From positions 8,208-72,207 of the forward strand of contig LCKE01000001.1 in assembly GCA_001001205.1 (NCBI GenBank): a stretch of DNA of 64,000 nucleotides, written 5' to 3'. The notes below the pieces were generated by a model that saw nothing but the letters and a program-made list of their open reading frames with translations, was not told the DNA's origin and ran no database searches. The position numbers and the translations under genes are program-made. This document shows positions 31,779-40,527 of this stretch, in pieces. How positions within the stretch are numbered: position 1 is the first letter of the stretch; each line of letters opens with the position of its first letter. The DNA comes from Parcubacteria group bacterium GW2011_GWF2_45_11 (GTDB taxonomy: Bacteria; Patescibacteriota; Patescibacteriia; UBA1558; UBA10009).

Positions 31779-32081
31779 ATGAAATACAATAAACTGGTCA
31801 GGGATAACATCCCTGAAATCATCAAAAAAAAAGGCGGCCGGCCGCTGACTCATTGTGCCGGCGACCGGGAATATTGGATCATGCTTAAAGAAAAACTGGC
31901 CGAGGAAGTCAAAGAATTTGTTAACCATCCGGTGATGGAGGAACTGGCCGATATTCAGGAGGTGTTGGAAGCGATCAGCCATTATAAAAAATTTGATCTT
32001 AAAAAACTGTCCAAGATCAAAAAGGCCAAAGCAAAATCCAACGGGCGGTTTACCAAAAAAATAATTCTGGATGAGTCATAA
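31779..32081 (+). CDS. MazG-like nucleoside triphosphate pyrophosphohydrolase (small all-alpha NTP-PPase)
   Basis: KLVRDNIPEII...EELADIQEVL is the typical motif pair of the small MazG/PRA-PH-like family. Confidence 0.6.
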   Translation: MKYNKLVRDNIPEIIKKKGGRPLTHCAGDREYWIMLKEKLAEEVKEFVNHPVMEELADIQEVLEAISHYKKFDLKKLSKIKKAKAKSNGRFTKKIILDES

Positions 32082-32116
32082 CGGTAAATACCATTTTAAA
32101 CAGCTAACTTAAAACC

Positions 32117-32377
32117 ATGGCAACTCTTGAAGAATTACAGCTTGAAATTGAAAAAGTTAAAAGTCGCAACCGGCATGTGGAAGCTGACAAAGCCTGGGAA
32201 ACGTGCTGGACCAGAAAAATTGTCATCTCGTTTTTCACCTATATCGTCATCGTGGTATTTTTTTATTTCGCCCGTCTGCCTCAGCCTTTTATCAATGCCG
32301 TTGTTCCGGCTGTAGCCTTTATTTTGTCCACGCTGACAATCCCGCTTTTTAGAAAATGGTGGCTCAAAAAAAGATAA
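32117..32377 (+). CDS. small membrane protein, hypothetical
   Basis: 86 aa with two hydrophobic helices. Confidence 0.3.
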   Translation: MATLEELQLEIEKVKSRNRHVEADKAWETCWTRKIVISFFTYIVIVVFFYFARLPQPFINAVVPAVAFILSTLTIPLFRKWWLKKR

Positions 32378-32591
32378 ATGTAAATTCGCACTTCTTAAAG
32401 CCTCGTCCAGTTCAATGTCTGAGCGTGCCTCGTTTGATTTCCAAAAATAGAAAATGCCGCCAGTCGCGCATTACGTTTTGCGGCTTATTTTTTAGACCAA
32501 CGTCGGATTTTTTTGACTTCCTGATAAATCAAAAATCAGTTATAATTGGCTTAAGATATCTGTCCGAATAAAGCCTGATTAAGCATCAATT

Positions 32592-32999
32592 ATGGAAAAT
32601 TTACGACCTAAAATTGGCGTTGGCGTTATCGTCATCAAAAACAGTCAGGTATTAATGGGGCAAAGAAAAAACTCTCACGGGGCGGGTAGCTGGTCTTTTC
32701 CCGGCGGACATCTGGAATACCGGGAAACTCTGGCAGGCTGCGCCAGCCGCGAAGTTAAGGAAGAAACTGGTTTGGAGATCGCTAACGTTCGCCTGGCCAC
32801 CGTCACCAATGATATTTTTGAAGCCGAACAAAAACATTACGTCACCCTTTATCTTTTGGCTGATTATACCGGCGGCGCGCCCACGGTCAGAGAGCCGGAA
32901 AAATGCACCGGCTGGCAATGGTTTGATTGGCACGCCTTACCCAAGCCGCTGTTTTTGCCGGTGCAAAATTTGCTTAAAACTGGCTTCAAACCCTTTTAA
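32592..32999 (+). CDS. NUDIX hydrolase (MutT-like)
   Basis: Nudix box GGHLEYRETLAGCASREVKEETGLEI. Confidence 0.85.
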   Translation: MENLRPKIGVGVIVIKNSQVLMGQRKNSHGAGSWSFPGGHLEYRETLAGCASREVKEETGLEIANVRLATVTNDIFEAEQKHYVTLYLLADYTGGAPTVREPEKCTGWQWFDWHALPKPLFLPVQNLLKTGFKPF

Positions 33000-33030
33000 A
33001 TCATAACTGTTTCTACCAACATAAAGCCTG

Positions 33031-33060
33031 ACCGCCCGCCACGACAACAAGACGGGTAGT
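33031..33060. repeat. conserved-loop GC hairpin, copy 2
   Basis: ACCGCCCG-ccACGACAACaAGa-CGGGTAGT, followed by GTTACAAATAATC. Confidence 0.5.
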
Positions 33061-33101
33061 TAACGCGTTACAAATAATCGTTAAATGATGCGCCTACCTT
33101 T

Positions 33102-33270
33102 GTCATTTTAACCGCGGACGGACTTTAGCGAGGCGGAGCGCACCTACCTCTGCGCCAAGCCGTTGTTTTGCTCCGGCAAAGGCAGGAAAAAATCCTTCAT
33201 ATCCTTTCTTTTAATTAAGGAGTTTATCCGCCCGTTCGCCATTAGGCTCACTCGGCGAAATGACAAACAA
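33102..33270 (+). repeat. ~170-nt repeated intergenic element, copy A (terminal inverted repeats GTCATTT...AAATGAC)
   Basis: Shares a conserved 5' core and a 3' module (CGTTCGCCATTAGGCTCACTCGG..GAAATGACAAACAA) with 49266-49431. Its core also matches the reverse complement of 54103-54199. Confidence 0.6.
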
Positions 33271-33348
33271 TTACTTAGCCCATTTAACCTATAACTTAAC
33301 GCTTAACTTTTCTTTTTTCTTAATTCATCATGTAACGCTTGACTTGTA

Positions 33349-34674
33349 ATGAAGCTAAAATTGCTTTTAACCCTGCTTACTTTTTTAATCCCGCTACAAC
33401 TGCTGGCCCGGACGGAAAATCCGGAAATCAGGGTTTTTGATTTTGAGGGCACCCTTTTAAAAACGATCAGCCTTAAAAATTACGGCTGGACCCAAACCGG
33501 AGACATTAAAGTAGCTGACCTTGGAACAGACGGCGTGCCGGAAATAATTTTGAGCGCTCCGGCCGGCGCCAAACCCTATATAAAAATTTACCGCTTGGAC
33601 GGTAGCCCGATTAATGAATTGCTGATTTATCCCGAGGCTTACTTGGGCGGGATCAACTTGGAAATCGCCGATCTTGACCAGGACGGCTATAAAGAAATCA
33701 TTACCGGCGCCACTTTTGGCGGCGGGCCGCATGTCATAATCCTTGACAGTCAGGGGCAAGTTATTAAGTCTTTTTTTGCTTTTGACCTGCTGGATAAGGG
33801 GGGAGTTAATGTCAGCGCCGGCAATCTTTACGGCGATGACAATCTGGAAATCGTAGTCAGCTCCAACGCCCATAACTACGTTAGGGTTTTTGATTCCGGC
33901 GGTAAAATCCTAAACGGCTTTGAGCTTAAAAACAGTTTTACCAATGGGCAAAAAATTGCGACTTTTGACCTGGGCTTAGACGGCCTGGCCGAAATCATCA
34001 CATACTCTAACGCCAGCGACCGGCCATACCTTAATCTTTACAACAACTACGGCGAGAGGCTTAACTCATTTTTGGTCTTTAACGAAAATTTTAGCGGCGG
34101 TTTTAACTTTGACTATCAGGGCTACCAGCTGTTTTTAGGCGCCGGCTTTGGCGGCGGGCCCCATCTTAAAATCGTTGACGGCTACACCAACACCATCAGC
34201 CAGTTTTTTACCGCCGAGCAAAACTTTTTAGGCGGCGTAATGTTCGCGGTTTATAATGATAAAATTTATACCCTGGCTGAACGTTTTGCCACGGCCGTTA
34301 TGCCGGAGAGCCAATATATTTTAATTGATCTTTCCGAACAAAAATTAAAATACTTCCGCGACGGATTTGCCATTTTTGACGAATCAATTTCTTCCGGCAC
34401 GGATTTTTACCCCACACCCGTTGGCCAATATCAAATTCTCAGCAAATCGCCCCTGGCCTATTCTTACACCTACGGCCTGTACATGCCCTTTTGGATGAAC
34501 TTTTATGCCAATTACGGAATTCATGAACTGCCTTACTGGCCTTCCGGCTACCGCGAGGGCGAAAGCCATTTAGGCACTAAAGTCTCTCATGGCTGCGTCC
34601 GCTTGGGCCTTGGCGCCGCGGAAAAATTATATAACCTGGCGACCATCGGCACTAAAGTTTATATTGAGGAATAG
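33349..34674 (+). CDS. secreted FG-GAP/VCBS-repeat protein with C-terminal L,D-transpeptidase (YkuD) domain
   Basis: Signal peptide. Repeats of the DLDQDGYKEIITGATFGGGPHV type. C-terminal L,D-transpeptidase signature SHGCVRL. Confidence 0.7.
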   Translation: MKLKLLLTLLTFLIPLQLLARTENPEIRVFDFEGTLLKTISLKNYGWTQTGDIKVADLGTDGVPEIILSAPAGAKPYIKIYRLDGSPINELLIYPEAYLGGINLEIADLDQDGYKEIITGATFGGGPHVIILDSQGQVIKSFFAFDLLDKGGVNVSAGNLYGDDNLEIVVSSNAHNYVRVFDSGGKILNGFELKNSFTNGQKIATFDLGLDGLAEIITYSNASDRPYLNLYNNYGERLNSFLVFNENFSGGFNFDYQGYQLFLGAGFGGGPHLKIVDGYTNTISQFFTAEQNFLGGVMFAVYNDKIYTLAERFATAVMPESQYILIDLSEQKLKYFRDGFAIFDESISSGTDFYPTPVGQYQILSKSPLAYSYTYGLYMPFWMNFYANYGIHELPYWPSGYREGESHLGTKVSHGCVRLGLGAAEKLYNLATIGTKVYIEE

Positions 34675-34748
34675 CCGGACTGCTAAATGGCCGATGCCTG
34701 ATTTTGCTCTTGAACTTTTTTTTTGTTGTGTTAATATATTCATAAGTT

Positions 34749-36446
34749 ATGCCCAGAAAAACCAAAATTGTCACCAGATCCAGGGTTTGGCTCACTTTTG
34801 TGGGCATTTTAGTTTTGGCGATTTTTGCCGGCCTGATTGATTATCCCAAACTGCCGGCGGATTTTCCCGGGCAGTCCTGGTTCAGTAAATTCACTCCCAA
34901 ACTGGGCTTGGATTTGCAGGGCGGTGCCCATTTGGTTTATCAAGCTGATGTTTCGGACATTCCTTCCGCTGACGCCGCTTCAGCCTTGGAAGGCGTCAGA
35001 GACGTTATTGAACAGCGGGTAAATGCTTTTGGGGTTTCCGAGCCGCTGGTGCAAACCGGCAGTAATAACCGCCTCATCATTGAACTGGCCGGCGTGACCG
35101 ACGTTAATCAGGCCATCCAGCAAATCGGCGAAACGCCGCTCCTGGAATTCAAAGAAATGTCAGAACCGCCGGCGCCAACGCCCTTAACGGCCGCAGAAAA
35201 AGAAGCCGCGGTTAAACACAACGAGGAAACCTTAAACACGGCCGACTCCATCATTCAGCAGCTAAACCAGGGAAGTGATTTTGGCGAACTGGCCCGCCAG
35301 TATTCCGAAGATCCCGGGTCAAAAGACAACGGCGGCGATTTAGACTTTGCCAAACGCAATACTTTTGTGCCGGAATTTGAAGAAGTTTTGTTTGATCAGC
35401 TTAAAATAAGCGAGATCACCCAGGCGCCTTTAAAAACTGAATTCGGTTACCATATTATCAAAAAACTGGACGAGCGCGGACAAGGAGAGGATTACGAAGT
35501 CAAAGGAGCGCATATTCTTTTAACCATTACTAACGAAGTCTATCAGTCGCAGGACAATCTAACCCTGGATTGGAATAATACCCAGCTATCCGGAAAAAAT
35601 TTAAAACGGTCCGCGGTGGAGTTTGATCCCAATTCCGGCCAGCCGGTTATTTCCCTGCAATTTGACGATCAAGGCCGGGAGCTTTTCGCGGCCATCACCA
35701 AGCGCAATTTGCAAAAGCCGGTCGCCATATTTTTAGACGGCCAGCCGATCAGTATACCCACCGTGCAGGAAGAAATCACCCAGGGTAGCGCCGTGATTTC
35801 CGGCAACTTTAATCTGGTAGAGGCCAAACTTCTGGCCCAGCGTTTGAACGCCGGCGCCCTGCCCGTGCCAATTGAGCTTATTAGCCAGCAGACAGTCGGT
35901 CCGGCTCTGGGCAAAATTTCTCTGCAAAAAAGTCTGATTGCCGGCTTTTTAGGCTTAATCATCGTCTCTTTATTCATGATTATCTTTTACCGCCTGCCCG
36001 GTCTGATGGCGGTCGTAGCCCTGTTTATTTACGGCTTGGTCGCTTTGGCGATTTTTGAACTGTGGCCGGTCACCCTGACTTTGGCTGGCATTGCCGGCTT
36101 TATCCTGTCTGTTGGCATGGCGGTTGACGCCAACGTTTTAATTTTTGAAAGAACCAAAGAGGAACTCCGAAACGGCAAGCCGATCGGCACAAGCGTTGAA
36201 GAAGGCTTTAACCGCGCCTGGTTTTCTATCAGAGACTCCAATTTTTCCAGCATCATCACCTGCGTTATCCTAGCCTGGTTCGGTTCCAGTCTAATCAAAG
36301 GCTTTGCCGTAACTTTGGCCATCGGTATTTTAATTTCCATGTTCAGCGCCATTACTGTCACCAGAACATTTTTGCGTTTAATGGCCGCAAAATACTTTGA
36401 GGATCACCCGTTCTTATTCGGGGTAAGTAAGAAAAAAGATGTTTAA
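34749..36446 (+). CDS. secD: protein translocase subunit SecD with inserted PpiC-type (parvulin) PPIase domain
   Basis: N-terminal TM, a periplasmic head domain, and five C-terminal TM helices (SecD/SecF/RND fold). A parvulin signature SDFGELARQYSEDPGSKDNGGDLDFAKRNTFVPEFEEVLF...FGYHIIKK lies within the periplasmic region. Confidence 0.85.
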   Translation: MPRKTKIVTRSRVWLTFVGILVLAIFAGLIDYPKLPADFPGQSWFSKFTPKLGLDLQGGAHLVYQADVSDIPSADAASALEGVRDVIEQRVNAFGVSEPLVQTGSNNRLIIELAGVTDVNQAIQQIGETPLLEFKEMSEPPAPTPLTAAEKEAAVKHNEETLNTADSIIQQLNQGSDFGELARQYSEDPGSKDNGGDLDFAKRNTFVPEFEEVLFDQLKISEITQAPLKTEFGYHIIKKLDERGQGEDYEVKGAHILLTITNEVYQSQDNLTLDWNNTQLSGKNLKRSAVEFDPNSGQPVISLQFDDQGRELFAAITKRNLQKPVAIFLDGQPISIPTVQEEITQGSAVISGNFNLVEAKLLAQRLNAGALPVPIELISQQTVGPALGKISLQKSLIAGFLGLIIVSLFMIIFYRLPGLMAVVALFIYGLVALAIFELWPVTLTLAGIAGFILSVGMAVDANVLIFERTKEELRNGKPIGTSVEEGFNRAWFSIRDSNFSSIITCVILAWFGSSLIKGFAVTLAIGILISMFSAITVTRTFLRLMAAKYFEDHPFLFGVSKKKDV

Positions 36447-37515
36447 TATCATTCAGGCCAGAAAAATTTGGCTTTGCCTTTCCGGGCTACTGATTGTAGC
36501 CAGCGTTTTGGCTTTGATTTTTTGGGGCCTGCGTTTGGGCATAGATTTCACCGGTGGCAGCCTGTTGGAAGTGGAATTTTTAGAAAGCCGACCGGCCAGC
36601 GAAACTATCCAAGCTCAGCTTGACGAGCTTAAGCTGAAAACACTCCAGCTCCAGCCTACCGGCGAAAAAGGCCTGTTAATCAGAACTACGGCCTTAAGCG
36701 AAGAGCAACACCAGCTTATTTTGGAAAAAATAGACAGCTTGTTTGGGGAAGAAAATACCGCGACCGTTTCCGAGCCAACGGCCGGGCAAACCGAAAAAAC
36801 AGTCACCGTGCCTGCCTCAGCCATCGGCCTAACAGGCGAGGGGACGGAAAACCTAAGCGTGGATATTTCCGGCACCAATCTGGAACAGCTGGGTCTGGAA
36901 GGCATTGGCGTTAGCTCGGCCAGCGCCAGCCGGAATTTTACCGAGCTGAGGTTTGATTCTATCGGCCCGACCATTGGTAGCGAACTTAAACGCAAATCTT
37001 TTTACGCTATTATTGTGGTTTTACTGGCCATTATTTTATATATCGCTTACGCTTTCCGCAAAGTTTCCAAACCGGTTGAATCCTGGGTCTACGGCCTGTC
37101 CGCCATTATCGCCTTGGCCCACGACATCTTTATTATTACTGGCCTTTACGCTATTTTCGGTCACTTCTTTGATTTTCAGGCGGACGCTTTGTTCGTGACC
37201 GCCCTGCTGACTATTTTGGGCTTTTCCGTCCACGACACCATTGTCACTTTTGACCGCATTAGGGAAAATCTGCACCGCCACCAAGACGAAACTTTCATGG
37301 CCGTGGTCAATCGCAGTGTTAACGAAACTATTGTCCGTTCGCTGAACACTTCGCTGACCACTTTATTTGTTTTACTGTCCGTCTATCTCTTTGGCGGCGA
37401 CAGCATTAAAAATTTTGTCCTGACTCTGATGCTAGGCCTGATTATCGGCACCTATTCTTCTATTTTCATCGCCAGCCCGCTTTTGGTTATTTGGAACAAG
37501 CTTAAAAAAAACTAG
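36439..37515 (+). CDS. secF: protein translocase subunit SecF (extended N-terminal periplasmic region)
   Basis: C-terminal six TM helices with the SecF motif, overlapping the secD stop. Confidence 0.85.
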   Translation: MFNIIQARKIWLCLSGLLIVASVLALIFWGLRLGIDFTGGSLLEVEFLESRPASETIQAQLDELKLKTLQLQPTGEKGLLIRTTALSEEQHQLILEKIDSLFGEENTATVSEPTAGQTEKTVTVPASAIGLTGEGTENLSVDISGTNLEQLGLEGIGVSSASASRNFTELRFDSIGPTIGSELKRKSFYAIIVVLLAIILYIAYAFRKVSKPVESWVYGLSAIIALAHDIFIITGLYAIFGHFFDFQADALFVTALLTILGFSVHDTIVTFDRIRENLHRHQDETFMAVVNRSVNETIVRSLNTSLTTLFVLLSVYLFGGDSIKNFVLTLMLGLIIGTYSSIFIASPLLVIWNKLKKN

Positions 37516-37698
37516 ACTTGATTGATTAAACTTAAGCTTTCGGTCTGACTGGAGGCTTTTTTGTTTTAATTTAAATAATCAACTGAAATAGGCAAATGAT
37601 AATACCAATTAACCGGATTTTTTTGACTTTGTGTCAATATCTTGACGTATACTATCATTTATGCTATACTTTGAATAATCTTAAAAATTGCCGCTATA

Positions 37699-38838
37699 TT
37701 GGCCAAAAATATGACATACGAAGAATCAATTCTGGATAAAATAATTTCCACTCAACAGGCGAATATCATTAACGAATTTGACCCCAAAGAAATCGTCATT
37801 TCTTTGATTCAACCTTTATCCAGCAGGGAAATGGAAGTCATTACCCTTAGGCACGGGCTTGATCTTAAAGGCAAAAAAACCCTGGAGAAAATCGGCAACC
37901 AGTTTAATGTCACCCGAGAGAGAATCCGGCAGATAGAAAATTCCGCCATCAAAAAAATCAAGAAAAGCCCGGAATTATCGGAAAAAATTGGCACTGTTAA
38001 AAATGTTTTCCAGCAAACTTTGGAAAAACACGGCGGCATTATGCTGGAAGAATTGCTACTGGAAAAAACCCTGAGCAACGTTGGCGTTAACGAAGAAAAC
38101 AAAATCTATGTCAGCTTTATTCTCTCGCAATTATTGAGCGATCAGCTGAACTATGTTCCGGAATCGGACCAGCTTCACGCCGCCTGGAAACTGCCTTCAG
38201 CTTCGGTGGAGAGCCTGATCAGCCTTTTAGAGCTCACCCTAAAAACCATCAAAGAGATTAACGAGCCCGTGCCCTTGAGTGATATCCATGCCAGACTAGT
38301 CAATAACTACAAACACCAATTGCTGGAGGAATTGACGGAAGACATCCTGCTCTCTTATTTGCACTTAAGCAAGTACACTGAACAAAATCCCTATAAAGAA
38401 TGGGGTATGGCGGACTGGAACACGGTCACCCTCAAAAAAATCAGCGATAAAGTTTATTTGGTCCTTAAAAAGGAAGGCCAGCCTCTTCATTTTACCGCCA
38501 TCGCCGATAAAATTAATGAAACGGGTTTTGATCAAAAAATCGCCAACCCCGCCACGATTCACAACGAACTTATTTTGGATGACAAATACGTTTTAGTCGG
38601 CCGGGGCATGTATGCTTTAAGCGAATGGGGCTATAAACCAGGAACGGTGGCGGAAGTCATAACTGATATTTTAAAAAACAGCGAAAAACCTCTGAGTAAA
38701 AACGAAATCATCGCCAAGGTTCTGGAAAACCGCCTAGTGAAAAAAAGCACCATTATTTTGGCTTTGATGGACAAAAGCCGCTTTACCAAGACCGCTCAGG
38801 GGCACTACGCCCTGGCCGCGAATGCAACAGGGGATTAA
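37699..38838 (+). CDS. sigma-70 region 4 domain protein with C-terminal HARE-HTH-like winged helix (putative transcription factor)
   Basis: Textbook region 4.2: LSSREMEVITLRHGLDLKGKKTLEKIGNQFNVTRERIRQIENSAIKKIKK. No region 2 is present. C-terminus FTAIADKINE...VGRGMYAL resembles HARE-HTH. Confidence 0.5.
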   Translation: MAKNMTYEESILDKIISTQQANIINEFDPKEIVISLIQPLSSREMEVITLRHGLDLKGKKTLEKIGNQFNVTRERIRQIENSAIKKIKKSPELSEKIGTVKNVFQQTLEKHGGIMLEELLLEKTLSNVGVNEENKIYVSFILSQLLSDQLNYVPESDQLHAAWKLPSASVESLISLLELTLKTIKEINEPVPLSDIHARLVNNYKHQLLEELTEDILLSYLHLSKYTEQNPYKEWGMADWNTVTLKKISDKVYLVLKKEGQPLHFTAIADKINETGFDQKIANPATIHNELILDDKYVLVGRGMYALSEWGYKPGTVAEVITDILKNSEKPLSKNEIIAKVLENRLVKKSTIILALMDKSRFTKTAQGHYALAANATGD

Positions 38839-38961
38839 GCTTTAAAATTGAGTTGTCAAGGCCGTAAATTTACTCTAAAATAAATTCAGCTGCCCTGAAA
38901 AATATAATTTATCGGTTCTGGGTCCGCTGACGGTTTTTTTAAAAACACCCTAAAAACAAAA

Positions 38962-40515
38962 ATGGAAATCACTATTGATCTAAGCCGACTCGTTTTTTTA
39001 AGTTCAAACAATCCAGCCCAATTAATCTGGTATATTTTCAGCCACGGCGGGTGGCTTATTTTTGTTATCGGCCTGCTGATCCTTATCTTTTACGTCAGGC
39101 TGATATGGCAAAGAAAAAAGTACGTTAAAAGCGTTGAACAAACCCTGCTGGCCATTGACATTCCCAAGGATAATGAGCAAAGCCTGATCGCGGTTGAACA
39201 AATTTTTGCCAGCCTGGCCGGCATCAAAAGCGGTCCAAATCTCTGGGAAAAATATTGGCTCGGCAAAGTCCAGCTTTGGTTTAGCCTGGAAATAATTTCC
39301 TTGGAGGGCTATATCCAGTTTTTGATCCGCACCCCGGTGATTTACCGCGATTTGGTGGAATCGGCTCTGTACGCCCAGTACCCGGAGGCAGAAATTACCG
39401 AAGTCAACGATTACATCAAACTTATTCCCGACGACGTCCACGAAATCAGCTCTGAACACAACATTTGGGCGACGGAATTCACTTTGGCCAAAAATAGCGC
39501 CTATCCCATTAAAACCTACAAATTTTTTGAACATCAGTTAAGCCAGTTGTTCATTGATCCTATGTCCGCTTTGCTGGAAGTTATGAGCAAGCTGGGCAAG
39601 GGGGAACAGCTGGCCATTCAACTGTTGATTGCGCCGGTCGGCGATCACTGGAAAGATAAAGGCCATGAGATCGTCGCTCATCTGATTGGAGAAAAATCTG
39701 ACGCACCCAAAAATTTAGGGGATAAAATCGTTGACAGTTCGGTTAAGGGACTGGAAAAATTCAGCGAGGCCGTCATTAAACTTTGGGGCGATATCAAGGA
39801 TGAGAGCCAAGAGGACAGCGCTAAAAACTACATTCAATACCTCACGCCCGGAGAAAGATTCGTGGTGGAGCGCATTCAGGCAAAATTGGCGCAAATAACT
39901 TTCGCCAGCAAATTCAGACTTTATTACCTGGCGCACAACGAGGTTTTTTCCAAAGGCAAGGGCGTTAACGCCATTTTAGGCGCAATCAACCAGTTTAACA
40001 CCTCCGATCTCAATGCCTTTAAAAAAAACAAGCGGACCGTAACGGATGTTGATTATTTTTTCGTCAAATCAAGGGTTTCCAAACGCCAGCGGAAATTCGT
40101 TAAATATTTTAAAATGAGATCATTGATGGACGGCGCCACGCCTTTTATGCTCTGTACGGAAGAATTGGCCACGCTTTACCATTTCCCGACGATTACCGTC
40201 AAAGCCCCGCTGATCAAAAAAGCCGAAGCTAAAAGAGCAGAACCGCCGACCGCTTTGCCGGTGGAGTTTATGTCGGGCAAAAATTTCTTTACGCCTAAGG
40301 AGGAAAAATCCGCCGAACAGCCCCAAGAAATTGAAACCGTCGGAACAGAACCGACTTATAAAATCGCGGAGTCGCTTTCCGGTTATGATTTTGACAACAA
40401 CTATTTTGAGGAGGCTTTTGCCAAAGACGAATCTTCAATTAAGCCGAGGCAAGACACGCCCTCAAGCAGTGACTCCGCTCCGGAGCCGCCGGACAATTTG
40501 CCCCTCAGCCGCTAA
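38962..40515 (+). CDS. membrane-anchored hypothetical protein (partner of downstream P-loop ATPase)
   Basis: 517 aa with one N-terminal TM and an acidic, low-complexity C-terminal tail. A 13-bp gap separates it from the next gene. Confidence 0.35.
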   Translation: MEITIDLSRLVFLSSNNPAQLIWYIFSHGGWLIFVIGLLILIFYVRLIWQRKKYVKSVEQTLLAIDIPKDNEQSLIAVEQIFASLAGIKSGPNLWEKYWLGKVQLWFSLEIISLEGYIQFLIRTPVIYRDLVESALYAQYPEAEITEVNDYIKLIPDDVHEISSEHNIWATEFTLAKNSAYPIKTYKFFEHQLSQLFIDPMSALLEVMSKLGKGEQLAIQLLIAPVGDHWKDKGHEIVAHLIGEKSDAPKNLGDKIVDSSVKGLEKFSEAVIKLWGDIKDESQEDSAKNYIQYLTPGERFVVERIQAKLAQITFASKFRLYYLAHNEVFSKGKGVNAILGAINQFNTSDLNAFKKNKRTVTDVDYFFVKSRVSKRQRKFVKYFKMRSLMDGATPFMLCTEELATLYHFPTITVKAPLIKKAEAKRAEPPTALPVEFMSGKNFFTPKEEKSAEQPQEIETVGTEPTYKIAESLSGYDFDNNYFEEAFAKDESSIKPRQDTPSSSDSAPEPPDNLPLSR

Positions 40516-40527
40516 AACGCTTAGTTT

